Positions 23,799 to 34,800 of a stretch of 64,000 nt of DNA are shown in pieces. Both the position numbers and the translations under genes were made by a program. The notes under the pieces were generated by a model. That model saw only the letters and a list, made by a program, of their open reading frames with translations. It searched no databases and was not told where the DNA came from. Where the stretch lies: the NCBI GenBank assembly GCA_963828155.1, contig CAWHDQ010000006.1:282119-346118 (forward strand). The letters are read 5' to 3'. Origin of the DNA: an uncultured Planctomycetaceae bacterium (GTDB taxonomy: Bacteria; Planctomycetota; Planctomycetia; Pirellulales; PALSA-1355). Numbering within the stretch: position 1 is the first letter of the stretch; each line of letters begins with the position of its first letter.

Positions 23799-25190
23799 AC
23801 CGACCCGCGGCACGGAGCCGAGATCCGTCCCGGCGGAATTGCTCGCCTGGCGTGATCGCGACGCGCCGAATCCCAACCACTCCAGCGCCGGCCAGAACGA
23901 CGCCGCATTCGTGGCCAACCAGCGCGAGCGAAAGTAATATCGCACGAACGCCCGCGCGTGCAGTTCGGCCACTTGCCCGGGCGTGAGGTGCCGGTACTTC
24001 AGCACGGGTTCGTAGACGCTGTACCGCGAATAGTCGAAATCGGCAATCTGGTCCTTGATCTGGGCAAAGAACTCGGTGCCGGGGTACGGCGTCACGATAT
24101 TGAAATTGGCGAACGTCGGGTTCAGCGTCCGGGCATAATCGAGCACGCCTTCGATCTGCTCGGCGGTGTCGTCGGGAAAACCCAGCATGAAGCCCGCCAC
24201 CGTGCGGATGCCGAGCCGTCGGCAGAGCTCGATGAACTGCCGTTGGCGGTCGTCGCGAATCGGTGCGCGGCGATAGCGGCGGAGCCTGGCCTCGTCGGGC
24301 GTCTCGATGCCGAAGGTGATGCTAGTGAGTCCGGCCGCGCGGAGCGTCCGCAGCGTGTCCTCGCGAAGCACGTCGATCCGGCTCTCGATCGAAAACTGGA
24401 TCGGCCGCCGCAGCCGGGCCAACCGTCCGGCCAGTTCCTGCGTCGCGGCTCGATCGACCCCGAATAGCGGATCGCGAAATTTGAACGAGCGGAAGCCGTA
24501 GCGCTCCGCCCCGGCGGCGATCTCGGCAACGACCCTTTCCGGCGACCGCTGGCGGACTTTGTTCTCCACCACGATGTAGGGGCAATAATTGCACGCGAGC
24601 GTACAGCCGCGGCTGGACTGCACCAGCCCGGTCGGAAACCGCGAAAAATCGTAAGACACCCGAAATCGCCGCGGACCAAACAGCGACCAGTCGGGCAGCG
24701 GCAGCTCGTCCAGATCGGCAACACGCCCTAAATCGACAATCGGCCGGCTGTCGGCCAGCACCGCCTCGAATTTCCAGAACAGTTGCTCGCACTCGCCCCG
24801 CAGCACGGTAACTCCCGGCAAGGCGAACGATTCGCCCAGCGTGTGGGCCACCAATCCCACGACCAGCACGCGGCAGCCGGGGGACGCCGCTTGGGCCTGG
24901 CGGATCGCCCGCCGCTCGAGCGGCAGCGTGATGAGCGAGGGATGGAAAACGTAGACGTCCGCGCCGGGCGGGACTCGATCTTCGGCATATTCGACCGTGT
25001 GCCCGAGCGCGCGGAAGATTGCGGCCAGATAGGCGTATGCCAAGGCCACCGGCCGCCGATCGCGGGTGAAGGCCCAGCGGATGAATCGGCCGGCCAGCCC
25101 GCCGCGACCGGGAAACTGCCCGACGCCGAAACCGCCGGCAAAATCCTTGGTCACGCCGCCTTGCCGGGTGTCCCAGAGCACAATGTGCAT
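23703..25190 (-). CDS. B12-binding-domain radical SAM protein
   Basis: SSRGCTLACNYCPY (CxxxCxxC), N-terminal Rossmann-like B12-type domain (VLVVGLVAHTL), FGIETPDE, typical C-terminal YSRYSVYEPV. The last ~40 codons are low-complexity, so the 3' end is uncertain. Confidence 0.85.
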   Translation of the reverse strand: MHIVLWDTRQGGVTKDFAGGFGVGQFPGRGGLAGRFIRWAFTRDRRPVALAYAYLAAIFRALGHTVEYAEDRVPPGADVYVFHPSLITLPLERRAIRQAQAASPGCRVLVVGLVAHTLGESFALPGVTVLRGECEQLFWKFEAVLADSRPIVDLGRVADLDELPLPDWSLFGPRRFRVSYDFSRFPTGLVQSSRGCTLACNYCPYIVVENKVRQRSPERVVAEIAAGAERYGFRSFKFRDPLFGVDRAATQELAGRLARLRRPIQFSIESRIDVLREDTLRTLRAAGLTSITFGIETPDEARLRRYRRAPIRDDRQRQFIELCRRLGIRTVAGFMLGFPDDTAEQIEGVLDYARTLNPTFANFNIVTPYPGTEFFAQIKDQIADFDYSRYSVYEPVLKYRHLTPGQVAELHARAFVRYYFRSRWLATNAASFWPALEWLGFGASRSRQASNSAGTDLGSVPRVGSANEPHEQGQQRSGGDDHGEDRESPRRQHAA

Positions 25191-25260
25191 CGGTGTGATT
25201 CCTTCTCGGACTGTCTGACTCGCGTCCGCGAGCTTGTGGCGCGTCGCGAAGGGCTGAAGC

Positions 25261-26433
25261 TCAAGCGGCGTGTTGCAAGAGATCCTGCTCCGGCGCCGTG
25301 GCCACCGGGCCGCGGACCACGTTCACTTGCCCGCCGGACTGCAGTTCGTACCGAATGCCGCGCCAGGCGATCTGCCGGCCGGCGAGCGCCGCCAAAAGTC
25401 CCCAGCACTGCAGCAGGCCGACAAGCGGCCCGGCCCAAACCGCGATCCTCCGCGCCGCTGCCGTTTGGACAGCCACCTCGGGCAGTAAGCGCCGGCCCGC
25501 GTCTTCGCGCAGCCAGCCACGAACCATTTGCAGCAGATATATGCCCAGGCTGGCAGCCACCGCCACGACCGGCCAGCCGCCGCTGCGCCAAGCGGAGGGC
25601 GCCAGTGTGATGCCAATCCAGAACACCGCTTGCTGCAGACAAGCAGCCACCGTCGAGATGCTCCAAAACGCCGGGACGTAGAAACGGCCCATCGTCAGTT
25701 GGCGGCGCACGAACTCGAACATGCCGCGGCGATCGAAATCGATGCCGCTGGGCACCACCGCCGTGGGCTCGAATTCCACCCGGCCGTGCCGGCCTAGCAC
25801 GCGGCTGGCCACCAGGTCGTCGCTGAGCGTGCCCTGCCACTGCTCGCGCAAGCCAGCGGACTCGAACACGTCGCGCCGCACGACCCACGAACCGCCCCAC
25901 ACCAGCCGATGCCGCGACGGGCCCACGAGGGATGCCACGGCCGCGTCGAGCGCGTGGACCACCGAGTTCGCCAGATTCGGCCGAGCCGGCACCAGCCAAC
26001 GGTACGCCGTCGCGGCGACGACGCCCGGCAAATCGAGCCGCTGAACGAGTTGCCGCAGCCAATCCGGTCGAGTTCGGGCGTCGGAATCGACGAAGGCCAG
26101 ATAGCGAACGTCGGCCGGCAAGTCAGCCGTCGCGGCGAGCAGATTGTGAACTTTCTGTCCCGAGTGGCTCGCTTTTCCGGCGACGATCAGCCGGGCGGCG
26201 ATTTGTCGGTTTTCGGCCAACAGCCGCCTGATCGGCAGACAAGCGGGGTCACGGACATCGTCGACGACCAGGGCCAGCCGATAATCGCCATGATCCTGCT
26301 GGAATAGCGAGCGGAGGTTTTCTTCCAAATCCGGCTCAGCCCCGCGGCAAGGACAAACAACCAGCACTGCGCCGCCCGGGGGCCGGGCATCGCGATGCCG
26401 AGCGCGCGCAGCGCGCAAAGCGGCGGAACTCAT
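25261..26433 (-). CDS. family 2/21 glycosyltransferase, ceramide-glucosyltransferase / HpnI-like
   Basis: VLVVCPCRGAEPDLEENLRSLFQQDHGDYRLALVVDDVRDPA...SGQKVHNLLAA...YLAFVDSDARTRPDWL, followed by a multi-TM C-terminal half. Confidence 0.75.
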   Translation of the reverse strand: MSSAALRAARARHRDARPPGGAVLVVCPCRGAEPDLEENLRSLFQQDHGDYRLALVVDDVRDPACLPIRRLLAENRQIAARLIVAGKASHSGQKVHNLLAATADLPADVRYLAFVDSDARTRPDWLRQLVQRLDLPGVVAATAYRWLVPARPNLANSVVHALDAAVASLVGPSRHRLVWGGSWVVRRDVFESAGLREQWQGTLSDDLVASRVLGRHGRVEFEPTAVVPSGIDFDRRGMFEFVRRQLTMGRFYVPAFWSISTVAACLQQAVFWIGITLAPSAWRSGGWPVVAVAASLGIYLLQMVRGWLREDAGRRLLPEVAVQTAAARRIAVWAGPLVGLLQCWGLLAALAGRQIAWRGIRYELQSGGQVNVVRGPVATAPEQDLLQHAA

Positions 26434-26723
26434 ACGCCTGCAGCGTCAGCAGCGCCGAGCAAACGAGGGCCAGCCGGCCAGCGTCAGATACCCAAGCACG
26501 GCAGGGGGCATGACCTTCTGGGCCCTCGGGGCCAAACTCAAATCGGGGTGCCAGGCGGGACTCGGCCGACGCAAATCCTCGGCCGCGGGCGGGCCAGTTC
26601 GCGGGGGCGGGAACGATAGCAGGCGCACCGAACGGGGTCAAGGTCGGGCGCCGCTGACACTGCCAGCCTACTGCTGGCAGCTGACTTGCCGCCGCACAAA
26701 ACGCCTGCCAAACTGGGCGGGCT

Positions 26724-27146
26724 ATGAATCGCTTGTTCGTTTACGGCACGTTGCGTCCGGCGGTCGATCTGCCGCGGATCCGGCACCTCGTCGCCCGACT
26801 GAGGCTGATCGGCACCGGCCGATTGCCCGGGCGGCTCGTCTACCTGGGCAGCTACCCCGGCGCAGTGGTCGCGACAACCGAGGCTGACACCACGTTCATT
26901 GTCGGCGAAATCCTCGAATTGACCGACGAAACGATTCTGGCCGATATCGACGACTACGAAGGCTTTGATCCCCAGCGGCCCCAGGCCGGCGAGTATGTAC
27001 GCGGCATGCGTGAAGTCGAACTGGCCGACGGCACGCGATTCGAGTGCTGGGTCTACGAACTGCGCGAGGTGCCGCCGCATGCCGTACCGATCGCGGGCGG
27101 CGACTACCTCGCCTGGCTGGCGGCGCGGCCCACCGGGTCACCGTGA
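26724..27146 (+). CDS. gamma-glutamylcyclotransferase (AIG2/GGACT) family protein
   Basis: MNRLFVYGTLR...LPGRLVYLGSYPGAV...VGEILEL...DDYEG. Confidence 0.8.
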   Translation: MNRLFVYGTLRPAVDLPRIRHLVARLRLIGTGRLPGRLVYLGSYPGAVVATTEADTTFIVGEILELTDETILADIDDYEGFDPQRPQAGEYVRGMREVELADGTRFECWVYELREVPPHAVPIAGGDYLAWLAARPTGSP

Positions 27147-27290
27147 CCCGGCCGAAGCGCCGTAGGCAAGCGAGACCCATTCACGCCCGGGCGTGGGGTG
27201 CCTCTTGCACAGGCCCTGCAAGTCTGGCAAGGTGAAGCAAATCGGCCGTTCGTGGCGGTGGATTCCAGGCAACGATCAGCGAGGTCCCCG

Positions 27291-27964
27291 ATGCACCGTG
27301 GTTGGATGGCGATTGCCGTTTCGATTCTGATTTGCGGCTGCAGCGGCCGGCCTGACGGTAATCCGTCAGCCGCGGCCTCGAACGACCCAAACGGCAATCC
27401 GGCTCCCGACGGGACGGCCGAAATCGCTTCGCCGGCCGGGGCCGTGGAGATCGCGATTCTGGATTACGACGGCATCGAGCAGCTCGTCGGCAGCCACCTG
27501 GGTCAGGTGGTCGTGATGGACGCCTGGAGCACTTCCTGCGTGCCCTGCGTTAAGGAGTTCCCCAAGCTCGTGGCCTTGTCGAAGCGTTACGAGCCCGAGC
27601 AGGTGGCCTGCATCTCGCTCAGCTTCGACTACGAGGGGATCGGCAAGCCCGAGGAGCAGCTACCCGCGTGCGCAAGTTTCTGGAGCGGCAGGGGGCCACG
27701 TTCGAGAACGTGCTGGCGGGTGAAGAGTCGGACGCGCTCTACCGCAAGTTCCATCTGGCGTCGGTGCCGGCGGTGTTCGTCTACGATCGCAGCGGCAAAT
27801 TGCGCAAGCGGTTCGACAACGAGCAGGCCGCCGGCGACGCCGACGTGTTCACCTACGAACAGGTGGACCACTTCGTGGCGCAGTTGCTGGCCGAACCGGC
27901 CGAAACTCCGCAGGAAGACGCCGCACAGCAAGGCACAGCGCAGGACGCACCGTCGTCCGAATAG
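27291..27964 (+). CDS. TlpA/redoxin-family thiol-disulfide oxidoreductase lipoprotein; one frame break
   Basis: Lipobox MAIAVSILICGCSG; WSTSCVPC (CxxC). ORF 27198..28004 reads ...GKPEEQLPA and ORF 27668..27964 continues VRKFLERQGATFENVL...ASVPAVFVYDRSGKL. Break near 27665-27670. Confidence 0.8.
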
Positions 27965-27984
27965 CTTCGCCGAATGCGGCCGAC

Positions 27985-28398
27985 TCAGGCCGGGGCCAGG
28001 CTGAGGACGTAATCTTCGAACCGCACCCGGCGATTTCCCTCGGGCATCGTCGCAAAGAAGACGTCGAGCAGGCGGGTGAAGCGGTCGGTCTGCAGGTAGT
28101 AGAAGTTGTGCTTGCCTTCGCGGCGGCGGTCGATCAGGCCGGCCACCCGCATCAGGGCCAGGTGGTGGCTCACGGCCGGCTGGCTCTCGCCCAACAGCTC
28201 GCACAGGGCCCGCACGTGCAGCTCGTGCGATTGAGTCAGGTAGTAGAGAATCCGCATCCGGGTTTCGTCGGCCAGCAGCTTGCAGAGCTTGACGACGTCT
28301 TTGATCAAAGCTTCGGGCACCGCCACCGGCTTGGTCTCGCTGCGTTGATCGTACGAGCTTGCTGCTGGGCCAGGGGTCGGATGGAGAAGTTTGACCAT
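27985..28398 (-). CDS. ArsR/SmtB-family transcriptional regulator
   Basis: LLADETRMRILYYLTQSHELHVRALCELLGESQPAVSHHLALMRVAGLIDRRREGKHNFYYL. ATG 28398 is preferred; the ORF extends to 28431. Confidence 0.85.
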   Translation of the reverse strand: MVKLLHPTPGPAASSYDQRSETKPVAVPEALIKDVVKLCKLLADETRMRILYYLTQSHELHVRALCELLGESQPAVSHHLALMRVAGLIDRRREGKHNFYYLQTDRFTRLLDVFFATMPEGNRRVRFEDYVLSLAPA

Positions 28399-29280
28399 GG
28401 AAACCTCGACTAAAGAAAAGAGTAGCCCCAACCCGGCGCCATCACGTGTGCGCTGCGGCCAGGATCGATCGAAACCTTACACCCTCCGTGGCAACCCGGG
28501 CAGCGGCCAACGATCCGGCACCGAAGGCCAAGACGCTGCGGGTCGACTATGCACACCGTCAGATCGACAATCGAGATGAGCTTGCGAAAAACGCCAGGCT
28601 GCTCTCGGCACGCCACAGAACGTGGCGACGGGTTGCCGGCGGAGCGCTTCGCCTGACCCAATTCTGCCGCCATTGTAGCCCGAGTCGGGCGAAAATGGAA
28701 ACCGCGCGCGAAAAAACTCAAGCCCCATTCTCCACTCGCTTGCTGGCATGGCTGCGGCGCTCCGGCCTGCCGGCCCAAGTCCCCCGCGGCGTACCCACTG
28801 CCGCCTGCCAAAACCCAAAAACTTCAATTCCGCTCCGTTTTTTCCAGGCCGCGCTCCGCTAAGGCTGAGCCCGGGGACAGGACCCGCCGGCAATGGATTG
28901 CCAAAAAGGGGCGGTCGGTCGCGGAACAATACGCAGCATCGGCTGTGCCGGCCAGGGCCAGAAGAATGCGCCACGGGCGAGGCTGCGGCCCCAAGTCGCC
29001 TGCTCGCAAGCCAGATGCGCCGTTTCGACCGACAGCGGGCAATGGCAGTTGGACAGCTTCGGCCGGAGGGTGCCGTGGAGTCCCTCGGAGCTGACCGCGA
29101 CCGAACTTTCCCCCCAAATTGGCCGGCGGTAAACGTTACGGCCCCGTTAGCCGCTCCAACCGCTCGCTGCGGTTGCCACCAGTCGCGGCTGGGTTAATCG
29201 CAACCTATGGTTGCCCAGCGGGAGTGCGGAGCAAAGGGTGGTGGCAGCGAACATTCCCTAAAGATCGGGTTGAAGAGGAC

Positions 29281-30449
29281 ATGTCGGTCAAGGAACGAAA
29301 CTCGGCGCTGGCCAAGTGGATGCTGCTGGGCAAGCTCGGCGACGCGGGACCGCTGCAGAAGTGGCCGGTCGAGCCGTTGCCTTTTCAGGTCGGCCGCGCG
29401 CCGGCGCCGCGCTCTGCCTGCCGGTGCCGCAAATCTCGAAGCTGCACGCCGAGATCTTCGAGCAGTGCGGCACGCTCTGGGTCCGCGACAACAACAGCAC
29501 CAACGGCACTTACGTCAACGGCCGCCGCGTGGTTGGCGAAGCCCGGCTCAACGACGGCGACATGATCCAGTTCGCCTCGCAAGTCTTCCGCGTGCAGTTC
29601 GACAGCGCCGGCTCGGTGGCCGCGACGATCGGCACCGCCCACTGCGATCGGGCGATGCTGCTGTTGCAGCTCGACCGGCTGCTGGTCGATCGCGAAGTCG
29701 TTCCCCATTTCCAGCCGATCGTGACCCTGGCCGACGAATCGATCTTCGGTTTCGAGGTGCTGGGCCGGAGCCGGCTGTTCGGCCTGCAGAATCCGAAGGC
29801 CATCTTCGACGTCGCCGGGATGTTCGACCTCGAACAGGATGTGAGCGAGTTGTTCCGCTCGGCCGGCGCCGGCTTGGGAGCCCAACTGCCGGGCACCCCC
29901 AACTTGTTCCTCAACACACATCCCACGGAGCTCGGCACGCCGCAGCTGGTCAACTCGATCCGCGGCCTGCGCGACCTGCACCCCGAGGCCAGATTCACTT
30001 TGGAGATCCACGAAGCTGCGGTCACCAGCCCCACGGCCATCGCCGAACTGCGGGCCAGGTTGCTGGAGCTGCAAGTCGGGATTGCCTACGACGACTTTGG
30101 CGCCGGACAGTCGCGGCTACTCGAGCTGGTCGAGGTGCCGCCCGACTTCATCAAGTTCGACATGGCCTTCATCAAAGGTATCGATCGGGCTCCGGCCAGC
30201 CGGCAAACGCTGGTCGAATCGCTGGTCCGGGTGGTCCGCTCGCTGGGCATCGTCTCGGTGGCCGAAGGCATCGAAACGGCGGGCGAGGCAGCGGTTTGCC
30301 GCGAGCTGGGCTTCGAGCTGGCGCAGGGTTTCCACTACGGCCGGCCGGAACAAATCGGACATCACTTGGACGCCGTGCTCGGCGCCGCCGGGGACACCCA
30401 GGCTGCTGCACCGCTCGCCCCGCCCACCCTGCCAGGAAACTTGTCATGA
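29281..30449 (+). CDS. FHA domain - EAL domain (c-di-GMP phosphodiesterase) protein; one frame break in the FHA domain
   Basis: MSVKERNSALAKWMLLGKLGDAGPLQKWPVEPLPFQVGRAP (frame of ORF 29119) joins GAALCLPVPQISKLHAEIFEQCGTLWVRDNNSTNGTYVNGRRV (ORF 29316). Break near 29395-29410. The EAL catalytic set appears intact: FEVLGR, NTHP, TLEIHE, DDFGAG, KFD, AEGIET, QGFHYGRP. Confidence 0.85.
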
Positions 30450-31783
30450 GCAGCAGCTGTTCCACCAGTTGGTCGCACGAAGAGGGGGGCGTATTGGCCG
30501 CCCTGCTGGCCAACGATTCGTACGTGCCGCGCGTGCCTGAGCGGATCGAGGACACCGGCTTGTCGATCGCTCAGCTCGAAGCGCTGATCTGCAAGCAGAT
30601 CGCCACCGTCGGAGCCAGCTCGGGACACCAGGTTGCCCGCCAGCTCGGACTGTCGTTGGGTGTGTTGCAACCGGTGTTCGACGCGCTGCGCACCCGGCAG
30701 GTGTTGGTTCACGTCGGCTCGGCCCCGCTGAGCGACTACATCTACCGCCTGACCGAGCAAGGTCGGGCCCACACCCATGCCTTGCAGCAGGCCTGCTCCT
30801 ACGTCGGACCGGCTCCGGTGCCCCTGGCCGACTACGTGCTCTCCTGCGAAGCCCAGTCGATCCGCGGCGAAACACCCAAGCGGCGCGACCTGGAGCGGGC
30901 GTTCGCCGACGTCTCGGTGCCGCACGGCATGCTCGACGCGCTCGGCCCGGCGATCAACAGCGGGGCCGGCTTGTTCCTCTACGGCTCTCCGGGCAACGGC
31001 AAATCGACGCTTGCCCGCTGCATGACTGCCTGCTTCGGCCAGAACATCTGGATTCCGCACTGCATCATCGAGGACGGGCAGATCATCCGCCTGTTCGACC
31101 CCGCCTACCACGACGCGGTCGATGCCCAGGCCGGCAGCGAAAAGACGGCCATTTCGCACGACCGCCGCTGGGTACGGATCCGCCGGCCGACGGTGATCGT
31201 CGGCGGCGAGATGACGATGGACAGCCTGGAAATCCGTCACGACGCCCAGTTCCACGTCAGCGAGGCGCCACTGCAACTGAAGAGCAATTGCGGTTGCCTG
31301 CTGATCGATGATTTCGGCCGCCAGCGGATCGAGCCGCACGAGTTGCTCAATCGCTGGATCATCCCGCTGGAAAACCGTCACGACTTCCTGACGCTGGCCA
31401 ACGGCAAGCGGATCAAGGTGCCGTTCGAGCAGCTGATCATCTTCTCGACGAATATCGAGCCCTCGGAGTTGGCCGACGAAGCTTTTCTGCGGCGGATTCC
31501 TTATAAGATCCACGTCGAAGACCCGCACGAGGACGAATTTCACCGGCTGTTCGCCCAGTATGCGGCGGCAGTCAACGTCGAGTATCGCCGCCAGGCGGTC
31601 GAGCACCTGCTCGAGGCGCATTATCGCGCCGCCGGCCGCTCGCTGCGGCGCTGCCATCCTCGCGATCTGCTGTTCCAGCTGCGCAATTACTGCGCGTTTC
31701 GCGAGGTGCCGCTGGAAATGACCAACGATTATTTCGATCTGGCCGTCCGCAGTTACTTCACCGCGGTCGAAGCCCGCAAGTAA
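30446..31783 (+). CDS. AAA+ ATPase with N-terminal winged-helix-like domain
   Basis: ATG 30446 overlaps the FHA-EAL stop (ATGA). Walker A LYGSPGNGKST, Walker B CLLIDDFGRQ, then NRWIIPLENRHDFLTL..G..IKVPFEQLIIFSTN...DEAFLRRIPYKI. The first 413 aa of the 858-aa track ORF are an out-of-frame read across the FHA-EAL gene. Confidence 0.85.
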   Translation: MSSSCSTSWSHEEGGVLAALLANDSYVPRVPERIEDTGLSIAQLEALICKQIATVGASSGHQVARQLGLSLGVLQPVFDALRTRQVLVHVGSAPLSDYIYRLTEQGRAHTHALQQACSYVGPAPVPLADYVLSCEAQSIRGETPKRRDLERAFADVSVPHGMLDALGPAINSGAGLFLYGSPGNGKSTLARCMTACFGQNIWIPHCIIEDGQIIRLFDPAYHDAVDAQAGSEKTAISHDRRWVRIRRPTVIVGGEMTMDSLEIRHDAQFHVSEAPLQLKSNCGCLLIDDFGRQRIEPHELLNRWIIPLENRHDFLTLANGKRIKVPFEQLIIFSTNIEPSELADEAFLRRIPYKIHVEDPHEDEFHRLFAQYAAAVNVEYRRQAVEHLLEAHYRAAGRSLRRCHPRDLLFQLRNYCAFREVPLEMTNDYFDLAVRSYFTAVEARK

Positions 31784-31855
31784 GTCGACCCGGGGCGGGC
31801 CCAACCAGACCGGCCCGCCGCGAGCTACCCGTTGCACGTCGTCGAGGTCTAAGTC

Positions 31856-34800
31856 ATGCCTTCCACCGTTGCCGCAGCAGGCCTCAGCTCATCGCCGGTT
31901 ATGTGCTGCTCGAGCGCATCGGCGCGGGAGCCTATGGCGAGGTCTGGCGGGCCGAAGCGCCCGGCGGGCTGACCAAGGCCGTGAAGATCGTTTATGGCTT
32001 CCACAACGAAATCCGGGCTTCGCGCGAGCTGAAGGCCCTGGAGCAGATCAAGCAGCTGCGGCACCCGTTCTTGCTGTCGCTCGAGCGGATCGAAATCGTC
32101 AGCGGTCGGTTGATCATCGTGACCGAGCTGGCCGACATGTCGCTCAAGCAGCGATTCGTCAACTGTCAGGCTGAAGGACATCCCGGCATCTCCCGCGACG
32201 AGCTGATCAGCCATCTCCGCGACGCGGCCGACGCGCTCGATTACCTGAACACCAGCCAGTCGCTCCAGCACCTGGACGTGAAGGCCGAGAACCTGCTTTT
32301 GGTCGGCGGCCGGCTGAAGCTCGGCGATTTCGGCCTGGTGCGCAACCTGGCACAGTGCGATGGCTCGGTGCTCGAAGGCATGACGCCGCGCTATGCCGCT
32401 CCGGAAGTGTTCGAGGGCCGGCCCACCCGATTCAGCGACCAGTTCAGCCTGGCGGTCGTCTACGCCGAGTTGCTGACAGGCCAGCCGCCGTTCGAAGCCA
32501 AAAGCCCGGCCCAGTGCGCGCGCAGCATCTGCTGGGCGCCAAGCCGAAGCTCGAATTGCTCGATCCGGCCGATCAGGCCGTCGTCGGCCGAGCGCTTTCG
32601 CGGCAGCCTGCAGAACGCTTTCCCTGCTGCCGCGCGTTTGTCGACAGTCTGGTGAGCGGAAATGTCGGGCAGGCGTCCGCTCCGGCGGAGTCAAGTCGCC
32701 GCGAAGCCGACCAGCCCGCGGTCGCGCGTTCGCCCTTCGCCGTCGTGGCGACGCCCGGCGCTGGTACAGGGACGCTGGCAAACCCGCGCCCAGCCGGGCC
32801 GCCTGCGGGTCGGCCGATTTCGCCGCCGGCGACCGAAGACGCGACCCTCGTCCTGACGAGCGGTCCGGCGTTCGAGCACTCCCCGCTGGGCACTGCGGCG
32901 CCGCTGGTGGCCAATCGTCTGCCGGCCTTCGAATACGACGAGCTCAGGTGGCAGCCCCGGCCGACCTTTTTCGTAGCGCTGGGCGGGGCCGCGGCGCACG
33001 TCGTCCGCCGACTGGAGCAGCGCCTCTCCGAGCGATTTGCCGCGCCGCTGGCGGTGCCGGCCTGGGCCACGCTGGCGATCGACACCGACCCGGCAAAGTG
33101 GCACCGCGAGGACGGAACGTCCATTCTCGGCGGCGCCGCGGCCGAGGGCACGCTGCTGGTCCCACTGCGGACGACGCAAGACTATCGCACCGAATCGCCG
33201 CAAGTGCTCAAGTGGCTCAGCCGCCGCTGGCTGTACAACATTCCCCGCGTGCCGCGCACCTCAGGCTGCCGCCCGCTGGGACGCCTTGCCCTGATCGACC
33301 ACGCGCCGCAAGTGCTCGAGCGGCTGCGCCACGAGCTACAGACCTTTGCCGCACCCGACGCCTTAGCCGCGAGCGCCCCGGTCCTTGGCGTTCCGCTCGT
33401 AAACCGGCCGGTGATCGTGCTCGTCGCCTCGATCAGCGGCGGCACGGGTAGCGGCATGGTGCTCGATTTGGCGTACGCCGTGCGGAAGCTGGCCGCTGAG
33501 ATCGGGCTGGCCCAGTACGAGCTCCGGGGTCTGCTATTGCACGCCACCGAAGGCGATGGCCCGGCGCGGGATCTGGCGCTCGCCAACGCGGTGGCCTGTC
33601 TGACGGAGCTGGCCCACTTCAATCGCCCTGGCGGCGGTTACCCGGGCGAAGAAGCCCTCGGGATCGCGCCGGTTCCGAGCATTCTGCCGACGTTCGACGA
33701 AACCCTGATCGCGCACCTGGGCGACGGCCTCGACAACGTCGGCTTCCAGAATCGCTCGCACTCGGTCGCCGATTATCTGTATCACCGGCTGGCGACTCAG
33801 GCCGGAACGCTGCTGGACCGGGTCCATGCCTGGCCGGCGGCCGACGGAGTCGCCCTGTCCGGCGACGCACGGCTGCGTACGTTCGGCCTGTATACGGCCG
33901 ACAACCTGCCCGCGGAGGTGGTCGACGGCTACATTGCCCGGCTCTGCCAGGCGGTGGCCGACCGCTGGCTGGGCACCGCCCGAACGATGCCCTTGGAGCG
34001 CGGCCCGGTTGGCGGCTACCCCGACGAACTGGCGGAAAAGATCAAACGGCTGGTCGAGCTGGCCCTGGGCCCCCCCGCCGATCGCCGCTTCGTGCGCGAC
34101 ATTGCCACGGCCCTGGCCGAGAGCGTCGCCGGCGGGGGCTCGCGGCAACCTGGATCAAATTTTGAACGCTTGCAGCAGCGAGTTGGGTCGGCTGGCCGCG
34201 TCGCTGCGGACGCTCCGCGACAGCCTCCCGCGATTGGCGAATTGCAGGAGCGGCTGGGAGAAGGCTCGATCCACGAGGCCCCGCTCCTGCCGCTGCACTC
34301 GGCGGTTCAATCGTATCTGCAGCAACGCATCGCCGAGCTTGCGGTGCCGCTGGCCAACGATTTTGCCAGCACATTCTTTGCCCGGCAGCGTCCAGCGGGT
34401 GAACCGGCGGAGTCGGGCGGCCAGATCCTGGCTGGCTTGACCCGGCAGCTGCGGCTCACCGCCCAGGCCGAAGTGCTCAAGTCGCTCCAGCAAATCGACG
34501 TGACGCGGCTATTGCTCGATCTGGCCGGCAAGTCGGCGGCGGCCCACGACCCGCTCCGCGGCATGTTGGCGGCCGCCGCGCCGTTGCTCTCGGGCGAGGG
34601 CGCCGAGGAACGGCTGTTCGTCTTCAGCCCCGGCTATGCCGATGCGGGAGTCCTGCGGCGCCTCATGGCCGACGAGCTCAAGCAGCCTGCCACGATCGTG
34701 CCGACGATCGATTCGCGGCTGTCGATTTGTTTCGAGCGCGACAAGCTGCCGCTGCGGGACGTGGCGGCCGCGCTGATCGACGGCCAGAACAGATTCCTGG

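Noticed and set aside
29207-30445. The N-terminal 413 aa of the 858-aa ORF 29207..31783, which would make a giant fusion protein.
   Set aside because: This part is an out-of-frame read across the FHA-EAL gene with extreme Arg/Pro/Gly composition. The AAA+ protein starts at ATG 30446, coupled to the upstream stop.
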